Below, piece by piece: positions 39,601-49,585 of a stretch of 64,000 bases of DNA. The notes under the pieces are model-generated. The model worked only from the letters and a program-made list of their open reading frames with translations. It was not told the DNA's origin and did no database searches. A program made the translations under genes and the position numbers. The DNA comes from Bacteroidia bacterium (GTDB taxonomy: Bacteria > Bacteroidota > Bacteroidia > AKYH767-A > OLB10), in NCBI GenBank assembly GCA_016788165.1, contig JAEUTH010000039.1, forward strand, positions 4,267 through 68,266, in the 5' to 3' direction. Every line of letters begins with the position of its first letter. Position 1 is the stretch's first letter.

Positions 39601-40561
39601 TATCAACCTCATAAAACAGGTAGTCGTTAAAAGTATTAACGGTAACAGTTGGTGTGGTTTGCAGGTTGGGTATATTGCCAATTCTTTTACCGGTACCTTT
39701 ATCAAAGGTTATAAAATAATATGTAGTATCGCAATAATCATGTTTTTCGTGATAAAAATTTTGGTCGGCACGTAAACTCCAGCGATCGGGTCCTTGGCCA
39801 TAAAACAATACAAAGTCATTGTTATTAAAAACGCCATCGCCTTCGCCTGATACTAAAATGGCATTTTCAAGTAAATCATCAGGTCGCCAAATACTGTTTA
39901 ACATGGGTACCATACCACCCCCATTGCCGTATATGCGCAAATTTTGAGGATTGAGTTTGTCAATGTCGGCAATTCCCAAGGTGTTTTTTAAAAAATTATA
40001 GTTGAGTTGATAAACACCATCATTTGTAACACCTATTTTATACCATTTGCCCGATGCTAAAACCGATTCGGCTGCATAAACCCGATGCGCCATTGTATTT
40101 GCACTACCTTTTAAGCCCGAAACAACTGAAGTTAAAGTAAAGGAGATTAGTTTTTCATAGCGACCTGTAGTTTGGTTTTTTCGTATAGGTAAAAACGAAA
40201 CCCAGGCTGCACTTTGCTTCTTGTAAGTTGTAATGGTTGTTTGTGGTTTGATATCAAATCCAATACTATCCCACATGGTAACACCAGCGGGGACCACCAA
40301 ATCAGCATAAACAGCATTCGATAATTCAAAGTTTAAAGGTTGGCTTGATGCCAATTCAAATCTTTCGGAATAAAAAGGCATATTGTTTTTCGAAACATCC
40401 GGTGCACAATTTTCGAAGTACAAAATATTAGCCGATACGGTTTTCGAAAAATGGTACGTTTTATAGTCTTCCCAAATTAAGGTGCGACTTATTGTTTGCG
40501 ACTTTCCACTTATAAAACCACAAAAGATAAATACAGTTAAAACCAGATAATTACGAAACAT
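36677..40561 (-). CDS. porU: type IX secretion system sortase / C-terminal signal peptidase PorU
   Basis: About 1290 aa. Gingipain-like C25 peptidase core with His motif NYTGHGGELGW and Cys motif FITATCEFSRY. Own CTD-like end VLNYPNPFTT...IEKLVILR. Start set at ATG 40561 (MFRNYLVLTVFIFCGFISGKSQ signal peptide), supported by a -7 box at 40600. Confidence 0.88.
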   Translation of the reverse strand: MFRNYLVLTVFIFCGFISGKSQTISRTLIWEDYKTYHFSKTVSANILYFENCAPDVSKNNMPFYSERFELASSQPLNFELSNAVYADLVVPAGVTMWDSIGFDIKPQTTITTYKKQSAAWVSFLPIRKNQTTGRYEKLISFTLTSVVSGLKGSANTMAHRVYAAESVLASGKWYKIGVTNDGVYQLNYNFLKNTLGIADIDKLNPQNLRIYGNGGGMVPMLNSIWRPDDLLENAILVSGEGDGVFNNNDFVLFYGQGPDRWSLRADQNFYHEKHDYCDTTYYFITFDKGTGKRIGNIPNLQTTPTVTVNTFNDYLFYEVDKYNLIKSGRTWYGNPFDVQPTQDFSFNFSNVVAGSQAFLKIDVAGRSFKGGANGSSIKVTYNGGQLLDTKIASVLDDFTQPYCAVPVVGTSTSFAPTSSNIDLRFSFSAIYQPANAWLNYIDLNVKRNLVFTGNEIAFREKTTVAPGNTALFELGNMPTSSYYLWDVTTPWDVKNQGHNNTGGLVTFTAQSDTLHQYFAFNSNAYKNATAFGQVANQNLHGISQVNMLIVTTPAYLAEANRLAEFHRNFDTLSVAVVTDVQVFNEFSSGAADVSAIRDFCKMFYDRAANNAEMPHYLLLFGDGTYDNKYILYKANNYIVSYQSENSCSPTASYCSDDFFGLLDDNEGLWTTTEEPDMGIGRIPANNVEEAQMVVDKIINYQSLPGKIVDETACNTDATTMGDWRNTLCFIADDQDGVLHVNSADKLANKAKAKAPVYNIDKIYLDGFQQVSTPGGQRYPAVKDAINKRVEKGALLLNYTGHGGELGWTEERVLEIADIRSWKNKAKLPVFITATCEFSRYDDPSRTSAGELCLVNSSAGAVALFTTTRLAYSFTNENINAAMIDSMFSLKNGKYPRLGDIFSAAKRQTSNDPGQRNFALLGDPAVQMVYPKLKVAATQLNGQNINTATDTLKALGTVTIKGEVQDAAGNKLSNYNGIVYPTVYDKMDSLKTLRNDSTGNNQSGNFNYQIQKNILYKGKVSVTNGAFEFTFIVPKDIKYNTGHGRISFYVQNGFEDGSGFNTNIKIGGINTSAVADKLGPEVKLYLNNEKFVFGGLTNNNPVVYALVADSSGINTVGNGIGHDITVTVNDDANKIFNVNDYYQSNLNSYSSGKVIYPLELLPPGRHALKIKVWDIHNNSSDAYTEFTVAESAGMVIDRVLNYPNPFTTNTRFFFEHNLTCQTLLVDIKIFTLSGKLIKNLSQYVDCQGYRLDGIAWDGRDDFGDPIGKGVYIYKLKVTSAEGQSADKIEKLVILR

Positions 40562-40599
40562 GTAAAATTGAGTATTGATAGATATTAATGTAAGAGATT

Positions 40600-40607
40600 C
40601 AAAAGTA
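40600..40607 (-). promoter_or_regulatory. putative -7 box TACTTTTG (minus strand) for porU-porV
   Basis: The plus strand reads CAAAAGTA, 38 nt upstream of ATG 40561 and inside the 5' extension of the maximal ORF. Confidence 0.45.
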
Positions 40608-40796
40608 TTACTAAAACCATTGTAAATTGTAACTTCTAAGTCAATAATCACTGCTTATGTTTACGAAATTCGAATAATAAGTAGTTTTATGGGCGCAAAA
40701 AAAAAATACACGAAATCGGAAACGACAAAAACAAATAATTATTATTGCACAATAAACGCGTTTGGTTGGCCATTTGTGCAAGCTGTAAATCTATCT

Positions 40797-41795
40797 ATGA
40801 AAAGAATTTTAATCGGATTGTTGTTTTTAACTATTGCATCAACAACCCATGCACAAGATCCCCAATTTTCACAGTTTTATGCTGCCCCGCTTTATTTGAA
40901 CCCGGCATTAGCCGGCTCGGCACATTGCCCAAGGGTTACATTAAACTACAGAAACCAATGGCCTGCTTTAAACAATGCCTTTGTTACCTATGCTGCCGGT
41001 TACGATCAAAATATTGATGCATTATCGGGTGGTATTGGAGTTATTTTAATGAATGACAAAGCAGGTGAGGGCACCATAAATACAACAACAGCCAGTTTTA
41101 TGTATGCTTATCAGGCTACTATAAGCCGCAAAGCATCTATACGTGCAGCACTAAAGGCTACTTTCGTTCAAAAGAAATTAGACTGGGACAAGCTAAGTTT
41201 TGGCGATATGATTGACCCGCGTTATGGCTTTGTTTATCAAACCTTAGAACAACGGCCTGCCGATTTAAACCGATCATTCGTTGATTTTAGTGCCGGTATT
41301 GTGGGTTATAGCGATTTGGTGTATGGTGGTGTGGCAATTGACCATTTAACCCAACCTGATGAAGCTTTTATAGTAAGTGGAGGCAGTGAGTTGCCCATGA
41401 AAATAACAGCACACTTTGGCGCTATGATACCTATTGGTTATTACTCGCCACGGATGAATAAAGACGAAGGAACCTTTATTTCGCCTAATATTATCTATCA
41501 ACAACAACGTGGCTTCAATCAATTAAATCTGGGTGCTTATTTCAGTAAATCGCCATTTGTTGCCGGTTTATGGTACAGGGGTAGTTTTGGTAGTGAAGAT
41601 TTTTTATCGAGCGATTCGTTTATAGCCTTGGTGGGATTTACACGTGGTATGTTTAAGGTAGGCTATAGCTATGATATTACAGTTTCGCAATTAAGTAATG
41701 CTTCGGGCGGTGCACATGAAGTTAGTTTAGGTATTCAATTTCAATGCAAGCCTAAAAAGAAAAGGTTTAGACCCATCAGTTGTCCTACTTTTTAA
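40797..41795 (+). CDS. PorP/SprF family type IX secretion system membrane protein
   Basis: Signal peptide MKRILIGLLFLTIASTTHAQ followed by the family signature DPQFSQFYAAPLYLNPALAG. C-terminal ...RPISCPTF. About 330 aa beta-barrel. Start at the internal ATG 40797. Confidence 0.85.
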   Translation: MKRILIGLLFLTIASTTHAQDPQFSQFYAAPLYLNPALAGSAHCPRVTLNYRNQWPALNNAFVTYAAGYDQNIDALSGGIGVILMNDKAGEGTINTTTASFMYAYQATISRKASIRAALKATFVQKKLDWDKLSFGDMIDPRYGFVYQTLEQRPADLNRSFVDFSAGIVGYSDLVYGGVAIDHLTQPDEAFIVSGGSELPMKITAHFGAMIPIGYYSPRMNKDEGTFISPNIIYQQQRGFNQLNLGAYFSKSPFVAGLWYRGSFGSEDFLSSDSFIALVGFTRGMFKVGYSYDITVSQLSNASGGAHEVSLGIQFQCKPKKKRFRPISCPTF

Positions 41796-41939
41796 AATGA
41801 TGGCTTGAATAAATACAAGCACACTAAAAATACCCTTAACAACGTTAATAGCTTTAATTCTCATATAAACGCTGGTGTTACGAACATTTTTAAAAAAATC
41901 GTAACATTGCAAAATCAAAAAAACTAAATTCATTCGCCA

Positions 41940-43382
41940 ATGAATCTCCTTAAAACAGGTTATACCTTAGGTTTAGTTGCAACTGTTATAGCTTCAGGCT
42001 GCAAGCAAGAAACCTCATCTACTACCGGTTGGGCCTACAACGACCCCAAAAATGGTGGCTTTGAAGTAGTTAACTACATAGAACAAGAAACCGGCCCCGG
42101 CTTAGTACTTATTGAAGGTGGTACAATCACAATGGGTCGTACCGAGCAAGATATAACTCAGGAGTGGGATAACATTCCACGCAGGGTTACACTACACTCG
42201 TTTTATATGGATGAAACCGAAATATCAAACATTCAATACCTCGAATATTTGTATTGGTTATCACGTGTATATGGTACTGACTACCCTGAAGTATATAAAA
42301 AGGCATTGCCCGATACATTGGTTTGGCGTGACAGGTTAGCCTTTAACGAGCCTTTTGTTGAATTGTATTTAAGACATCCGGCCTATCAGGATTATCCGGT
42401 AGTAGGTGTAAACTGGTTGCAGGCAAGCGATTTTTGCCGTTGGAGAACTGACAGAGTTAATGAGCAAATATTAATCCGCGAAGGAATATTGCGTGTAAAC
42501 CCGGCTCAAGTAAACGAAGATAATTTTAATACTGATTCGTATCTGGCCAACCAATACGAAGGTTTGGTTAAGTCGCCTTTAAAAGATCTTAGCCCTAATG
42601 GCGATACCCGTAAAGTACGTATGGAAGATGGTATTTTATTACCACGCTACCGCTTACCCACCGAAGCCGAATGGGAATATGCAGCATTTGCATTAATTGG
42701 CAACACCAGATTTGAAGCCGTAAACGAGCGTAAACTATATCCCTGGAACGGACACGTAGTGCGTAACTCGGAAGAAAAATATAAAGGCGAAATGTTGGCC
42801 AACTTTAAGCGAGGCCGAGGCGATAACATGGGTGTGGCCGGCAAGCTTAACGATAATGCCGATATACCGGCACCGGTGTTTTCATATTTACCAAACGATT
42901 ATGGATTGTACAATATGGCCGGCAATGTGAGCGAGTGGGTAATGGATGTTTACCGTCCATTGTCGCATGAAGATGTGAATGATTTTAATAGTTTCCGTGG
43001 TAATGTATTTCAAACACAAGTTACCGATGCCGATGGTAATATTGATGAAAAAGATAGTTTGGGTCGTGTTAAATATCGCGAAGTAACCGAAGCCGAAGCT
43101 TCAATTCGCAGAAACTACAAAAAGGCTGATAACATTGATTTTATTGACGGTGACGAGCCCGATGTAGTAAAGTATGATGAAAATGGTTCGATGATAAATA
43201 ACCGTGCAAGGGTGTATAAAGGTGGTTCGTGGAAAGACCGTGCATATTGGATGGCACCGGGTACACGCAGGTTTTTAGATGAAGCACAATCAACCGACTA
43301 TATTGGTTTCAGATGTGCCATGATACGCGTAGGAAGCCCAACCGGCTTAGGTAAAGGCGATAAAATTTCGCGTGCACATTAA
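41940..43382 (+). CDS. gldJ: gliding motility lipoprotein GldJ (SUMF1/FGE-domain lipoprotein)
   Basis: Lipobox VIASGC, then TGWAYNDPKNGGFE. FGE-sulfatase-type motifs (FYMDETEISN, PVVGVNWLQA, RLPTEAEWEYAA, AGNVSEWV, VYKGGSWKD). It is followed by murF rather than gldL/M/N, which favours GldJ over its paralogue GldK. Confidence 0.8.
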   Translation: MNLLKTGYTLGLVATVIASGCKQETSSTTGWAYNDPKNGGFEVVNYIEQETGPGLVLIEGGTITMGRTEQDITQEWDNIPRRVTLHSFYMDETEISNIQYLEYLYWLSRVYGTDYPEVYKKALPDTLVWRDRLAFNEPFVELYLRHPAYQDYPVVGVNWLQASDFCRWRTDRVNEQILIREGILRVNPAQVNEDNFNTDSYLANQYEGLVKSPLKDLSPNGDTRKVRMEDGILLPRYRLPTEAEWEYAAFALIGNTRFEAVNERKLYPWNGHVVRNSEEKYKGEMLANFKRGRGDNMGVAGKLNDNADIPAPVFSYLPNDYGLYNMAGNVSEWVMDVYRPLSHEDVNDFNSFRGNVFQTQVTDADGNIDEKDSLGRVKYREVTEAEASIRRNYKKADNIDFIDGDEPDVVKYDENGSMINNRARVYKGGSWKDRAYWMAPGTRRFLDEAQSTDYIGFRCAMIRVGSPTGLGKGDKISRAH

Positions 43383-43406
43383 TTAACGGTTTTAGATATT
43401 CAAATT

Positions 43407-43437
43407 AAAATCCCTTCTTTTTAAGAAGGGATTTTTT
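43407..43437 (+). terminator. rho-independent terminator after gldJ
   Basis: AAAATCCCTTCTT-ttt-AAGAAGGGATTTT followed by a T-run. The stem is perfect. Confidence 0.85.
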
Positions 43438-43450
43438 GTAAATACCCATT

Positions 43451-44740
43451 ATGTACATAGAAACACTTTATCAAATATTTTTAAATTCAACAGGTATTTG
43501 TACCGACACCCGCCAATTAAAAGAAGGAAATTTATATTTTGCTTTGCGCGGCCCAAACTATAATGCAAATAGCTTTGCTATGCAAGCAGTCAAAAGTGGT
43601 GCCATTGCTGCTGTTGTTGACGAAGCAAACTATGCTGTTCCAAATCAGATTTATAAAGTTGATGATACATTAAATGTGTTACAAGCATTGGCAAGGTATC
43701 ATCGCATGCAAATGAAAGCCAAAGTGGTAGCGCTTACCGGTAGCAATGGCAAAACAACTACAAAAGAACTAATGTATGCTGTTGTTAGCAGGCATTATAA
43801 AACAATAGCAACCATTGGTAATTTAAATAACCATATTGGTGTACCACTAACTTTATTACGAATAGAAGCGGATACCGAAATTGCCATAATCGAAATGGGT
43901 GCCAATCATCAAAATGAAATAAAACAACTTTGCGAAATTGCTAACCCCGATATGGGCTTAATTACCAATGTAGGAAAAGCACATTTAGAAGGTTTTGGTG
44001 GGTTTGAAGGTGTTATAAAAGGTAAAACCGAACTGTATGACTACTTAAAGAAACATCAACGTTTTGTTTTTTTTAATTCCGATAATAAATACCTGGCGCC
44101 ATATTGCGCTAACTACAGCTATAAGCTTAGTTATGGCAATTCGCAGTCAGACATTACAGGTACACTTTTAGCCGATACACCAATCAAATTAACTTGGCAA
44201 TATAATCAGATCAATTATCAGGTTTTAATGCAATTAGTAGGCGCTTATAATTTCGAAAACATATTGGCTGCAATTGCTGTTGGTGTTAAATTGAAAGTGC
44301 CCGAAAACAAAATAAATGAGGGATTGGCTTCCTATATACCAAGTAACCAACGGTCGCAGGTAATTAATATAAATAGTAATACAATTTTGTTAGATGCCTA
44401 TAATGCAAACCCCACCAGCATGCAAGCCGCATTAATTAATTTTGATAAAAACTATGTTGCTCCTAAGGTGGTTTTTTTAGGCGATATGTATGAATTAGGA
44501 GCAGAAGAATATAGAGAGCATGAAGCGATAGTAAACCTGCTCATAACATCTGATTTTAGTACCATAGTGTTAGTTGGTAAACGCTTTGGTCAATTTACCG
44601 ATAAAATTAATGCACACTTTTTTAGCACAAGCGAGGAGGCCTGTAAATGGGCCGAACTACAAAACATTACTAAATCGAATGTTTTTATAAAAGGTTCGCG
44701 CAGCAGCGCAATGGAAAAAGTTATGGCTGCATTTGCATAA
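43451..44740 (+). CDS. murF: UDP-N-acetylmuramoyl-tripeptide--D-alanyl-D-alanine ligase
   Basis: Mur ligase P-loop ALTGSNGKTTTKE, DAYNANPTSM, 429 aa. Confidence 0.92.
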   Translation: MYIETLYQIFLNSTGICTDTRQLKEGNLYFALRGPNYNANSFAMQAVKSGAIAAVVDEANYAVPNQIYKVDDTLNVLQALARYHRMQMKAKVVALTGSNGKTTTKELMYAVVSRHYKTIATIGNLNNHIGVPLTLLRIEADTEIAIIEMGANHQNEIKQLCEIANPDMGLITNVGKAHLEGFGGFEGVIKGKTELYDYLKKHQRFVFFNSDNKYLAPYCANYSYKLSYGNSQSDITGTLLADTPIKLTWQYNQINYQVLMQLVGAYNFENILAAIAVGVKLKVPENKINEGLASYIPSNQRSQVININSNTILLDAYNANPTSMQAALINFDKNYVAPKVVFLGDMYELGAEEYREHEAIVNLLITSDFSTIVLVGKRFGQFTDKINAHFFSTSEEACKWAELQNITKSNVFIKGSRSSAMEKVMAAFA

Positions 44741-44746
44741 CGCCAA

Positions 44747-45067
44747 TCAACATGGACGAACAAACGTTTCAATAACTTCAACGAGGGTGCGAAAAGCTAC
44801 AAACTTGCCTTTAAATTTTTCAGTATGGTCGGCTTGTAATGTAGGTGCAAATTTTAATTGGTAGGTTTCATAATCCGCTTGCGAGCGCAATAAATATTGC
44901 ACATTATAAGTAATACCTTCTTGATCTAAAGCAAGCACTTTGCAAAGCTTAGCTTCAACAAACAAACCACATTGTAACACTTCGGGTATATGTGTGTTTT
45001 GCATGTAAGCAAGCCAGGCATGGTTAATATCATTATCGATATTTACGGTAACACTATATATGAACAT
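44747..45067 (-). CDS. small conserved protein, DUF4286-like
   Basis: 106 aa. MFIYSVTVNIDNDINHAWLAYMQNTHIPEV resembles Bacteroidota DUF4286 proteins as I recall them. The family call is unverified. Confidence 0.55.
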   Translation of the reverse strand: MFIYSVTVNIDNDINHAWLAYMQNTHIPEVLQCGLFVEAKLCKVLALDQEGITYNVQYLLRSQADYETYQLKFAPTLQADHTEKFKGKFVAFRTLVEVIETFVRPC

Positions 45068-45180
45068 GTGTTTATTTTTTTAAAATTACAGGGTGTTTTC
45101 AAAGCATCAATTGTAGCAAATTGAAAGCTAAACGAAAACTAATAAACAAAAACAACAGCATCATTGCCATCATACTAAAT

Positions 45181-46161
45181 ATGAAATATTGGACAGACAT
45201 ATTGTTGGAAAAATATCTTAACCCCGCTTTAAACGATAAGGTTAATAAAGCGCGCAAACCATTGTTTTCGCTGTATTATTATTTACAAGGTTTTTTGTTT
45301 TTAGCTGTAACTTGTTTGGCATCCGGAGTAAGCATATTGCTTTACCAAAACATAGAATCTATCGGGCATTTAGTTTTGGTGTTGCTAACCTGGCTTAGTT
45401 GCTTTGGATGTTTTTTGTTTTGTTTTAAAAAACGACTTCCTTTTAATTATAAAGTTGCTACTGCGCATCCATTGTTTTATTTCGACTACATTTTATTGTT
45501 GGGGGCTTTATTGCTAACAGCAGCATTTGCATATACGCAATTCCAATATGGATGGTTGGGTAACGACTGGTCGGCAACTACATTAATCCCATGCATTTTG
45601 CTTTTTATTGCAGCTTATTATTTTGATCAAACAACATTACTTAGTATGTCTATAGTATTGTTGGGCTCGTGGTTGGGTTTGCAAGTTGCACCATATCAAC
45701 TCCTTTTCGAAATGCAGTTTAATGAGTTACACTTTGTGTTAACGGCAATAATTATGGCATGGCTGCTTATTGGAGTTTTCTATCTTACATATTCGTTTCA
45801 AATAAAGCAACACTTTGAATTTACCTATGTAAATTTTGCTTTGCATATTATTTTTATTGCCCTGCTTAATGGTTTATTTTTTATTGAGCCTGCATGGATT
45901 TGGTGGTTTGCCGGAGCATTATTTACAGCAGCAACTATTTGGTATGCATTTTACCGGTCATCATTTTATATACTACTATGCAGTTTCGCTTACGGCTATA
46001 TTATAGTAAGTTATGCAATAGTTCGGTTTTGTATGTCAGTGCTCGATGAATCAATAGGTGTTTATTTATTGCTGATATATTTTATTGCCTCAGGTATTAT
46101 GATGATATCATATTTGCGGATGTTTAAACGAACCATACATGGCCATGCTTCAATACGATAA
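45181..46161 (+). CDS. polytopic inner-membrane protein of unknown function (about 9-10 TM helices)
   Basis: Short soluble N-terminus (MKYWTDILLEKYLNPALNDKV), then continuous hydrophobic helices. The first ATG is at 45181 (the ORF opens at TTG 45121). Confidence 0.7.
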   Translation: MKYWTDILLEKYLNPALNDKVNKARKPLFSLYYYLQGFLFLAVTCLASGVSILLYQNIESIGHLVLVLLTWLSCFGCFLFCFKKRLPFNYKVATAHPLFYFDYILLLGALLLTAAFAYTQFQYGWLGNDWSATTLIPCILLFIAAYYFDQTTLLSMSIVLLGSWLGLQVAPYQLLFEMQFNELHFVLTAIIMAWLLIGVFYLTYSFQIKQHFEFTYVNFALHIIFIALLNGLFFIEPAWIWWFAGALFTAATIWYAFYRSSFYILLCSFAYGYIIVSYAIVRFCMSVLDESIGVYLLLIYFIASGIMMISYLRMFKRTIHGHASIR

Positions 46162-47293
46162 AGAGAGATTAAACAATTTATATCTACAGGATGCAGCTAA
46201 ATATTGGCTGCGTAATGAAATGATTGATAAATCCACCTTTGAACAAATTATTACAACAAATCAACCGGCTTATAAAAGAAGTGGCTTTTGGTATAAGTCA
46301 GGCATGATGCTGTTAACCTTTTTTGTAGGCTCAAGTGCGTTTTCATTTATATCACTTTTTGTAGGGTATAGTTCTTTAACCATTGATGTTTTAATGCTAT
46401 TAAGTTTAGTTCTGTTGTTTTTTTTATTTAAAAGAATAGTAACAGAGAAACACTACTTTCAAAATGGAATTGACTATGGCATGCAATACCTGGCAAGTTT
46501 TAATGCCGCTTATTTACTATTTAGTTTGGTTAACCCCGATAAAGAACTAACGGTTGCCATATACTTTGTATTGCTTACAGCGTTTAATGTTTTAATGTTT
46601 ATAGCATACCTCCATTTTGTGTGGGCTGTTTTAAGTTTTGTTACACTTAGTATAAGTACATGCAGCCTGATTTTGGCATTTGCTTCAAATGCAGTTTTGT
46701 ATTTGCCTTTCGTGTTAATGACATTAAGTATGCTGGTTTATTTTTTTGCCCAACGTTTTTTTGAAATCAAAAATTTGTTTTGGCATTTTGGGTTGTCTTG
46801 CTTGCAAGCGGGTTGTTTGGTGGTTTTTTATTTCGCCTGTAATTATTACGTCATTGATCAGATTTATTTTGAATACTATCAAGGCCATCCTGTGGGTTGG
46901 ATTCAATATGTTTTTACGAGCTTAACCATAATGGTGCCCTTTGTTTATGTTTTTAAAGGTTTAAAAAAGCGCTGTCATTTCAAACTTATAATTGGTTTAA
47001 TGGCAATGTTAGCTTCAGCATTTGTAATCAGAACTTACTATGGCATAATGCCTTTAGCTTATGCTTTAATTTGTGCAGGGTTGGTATTGTTAGTTTGTGT
47101 TTGGCTGGCACGAAAATTTTTAACCGAAACCAAAGGGTTTTCTTTTACCAAAGGCCCCAATCATAAATTATTAATGCAATGGATGGGTGTGGTAATGTCG
47201 CAAGTTACAGTTACTGCTAACCAAACTGACGTAAATACGCAACCAACCGATGGTGGTAAATTTGGTGGTGGTGGTGCAGGCAATAGTTATTAA
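46139..47293 (+). CDS. polytopic membrane protein of unknown function with a Gly-rich C-terminal tail
   Basis: About 50-aa soluble N-terminus (..AAKYWLRNEMIDKSTFEQII..), about 9-10 TM helices, then a ~60-aa tail ending GGKFGGGGAGNSY. Its start overlaps the upstream gene by 23 nt. Confidence 0.7.
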   Translation: MAMLQYDKERLNNLYLQDAAKYWLRNEMIDKSTFEQIITTNQPAYKRSGFWYKSGMMLLTFFVGSSAFSFISLFVGYSSLTIDVLMLLSLVLLFFLFKRIVTEKHYFQNGIDYGMQYLASFNAAYLLFSLVNPDKELTVAIYFVLLTAFNVLMFIAYLHFVWAVLSFVTLSISTCSLILAFASNAVLYLPFVLMTLSMLVYFFAQRFFEIKNLFWHFGLSCLQAGCLVVFYFACNYYVIDQIYFEYYQGHPVGWIQYVFTSLTIMVPFVYVFKGLKKRCHFKLIIGLMAMLASAFVIRTYYGIMPLAYALICAGLVLLVCVWLARKFLTETKGFSFTKGPNHKLLMQWMGVVMSQVTVTANQTDVNTQPTDGGKFGGGGAGNSY

Positions 47294-47294
47294 T

Positions 47295-47918
47295 TTAGCT
47301 TAAAGTATAAAATGGCATTTGTTCATGCGTATGTTCGCGTACTACACCAATACATATAAGGTTTACTAAAATTTTTGAAGCTCGCCAACGCGATACATTA
47401 ATATGCTGTGCAAACTCGTTAAGGGTAATTTTTTTATGCTGGTGCAATAACTTAAAAAGTGCTTCTTCCTTACTGCTGTATTTTATAGTAGCGGGTGTTT
47501 GTGCCGCGTTTCGCTTTAAAACATCAACCGTAATTTTACTGGCCAGTAACGATTGGTCAGCAACTCTGATATATACCCACCACTTATCATCTTCGGCTTT
47601 TGCATAATAAGGCTTATCAGTGCCTTCTTTAATCAATGCTTCTAACACAATTTTACCTTGCAGTTTCCATGTTGTAATACTAACAACTGGAGTAGGCTTG
47701 CAATAAAAATTCACTGCTAAATCAATCATATATTTTTCTTCCTCCGACTTAATGCCTGCTATAGATTTATCATCGCGAATGCCAATTAACAAACGCCCGC
47801 CTTTATTGTTGGCAAATGCTACAATGGTTTTTGCAATTTTAAGGGCACTGCTAATTTCCTTTTTAAAATCAAGCACATCACTTTCGCCCTGGTTTATTAA
47901 ATGATTTATATTTTTCAA
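47295..47918 (-). CDS. AlbA_2 (Schlafen-type DNA/RNA-binding) domain protein with C-terminal winged-HTH
   Basis: GESDVLDFKKE...IAKTIVAFANNKGGRLLIGIRDD matches the AlbA_2 pattern. The C-terminal part (ITLNEFAQHINVSRWRASKILVNL) is HTH-like. TTG start. Confidence 0.7.
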   Translation of the reverse strand: MKNINHLINQGESDVLDFKKEISSALKIAKTIVAFANNKGGRLLIGIRDDKSIAGIKSEEEKYMIDLAVNFYCKPTPVVSITTWKLQGKIVLEALIKEGTDKPYYAKAEDDKWWVYIRVADQSLLASKITVDVLKRNAAQTPATIKYSSKEEALFKLLHQHKKITLNEFAQHINVSRWRASKILVNLICIGVVREHTHEQMPFYTLS

Positions 47919-48046
47919 AACATTCTGACAAATTATTGCCTTCGTTATAACGTATTGTTGCTGATATACACTTTAGCCTAACTAAATATTAATTGCTAAA
48001 TAATAAAGCACAATGGTGCAAAACAACAATAAGCAATTTTAAATTT

Positions 48047-48054
48047 TACCTTTG
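48047..48054 (+). promoter_or_regulatory. putative -7 box TACCTTTG
   Basis: Exact TAnnTTTG, 35 nt upstream of ATG 48090. Confidence 0.45.
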
Positions 48055-48065
48055 ACCGCCAATAG

Positions 48066-49556
<1,491 letters not shown>

Positions 49557-49585
49557 ACCGGCAGTGCTGCTTGTTTTAAACTTTT

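Noticed and set aside
40562-40796. 5' extensions of the maximal ORFs of porU (to 40651) and the PorP-like gene (from 40689)
   Set aside because: The extensions precede clear signal peptides and are hydrophilic or odd in composition. The porU extension also contains the candidate -7 box. They are treated as a non-coding divergent promoter region.
41902-41909. One-mismatch -7-like boxes: TAACATTG before gldJ, TACTTTCG before 62403, AAACTTTG before alaS, TATAATTG before gyrB
   Set aside because: They were not listed as promoter features because each deviates from TAnnTTTG, and such near matches are frequent in AT-rich DNA. They are mentioned only where relevant to a finding.
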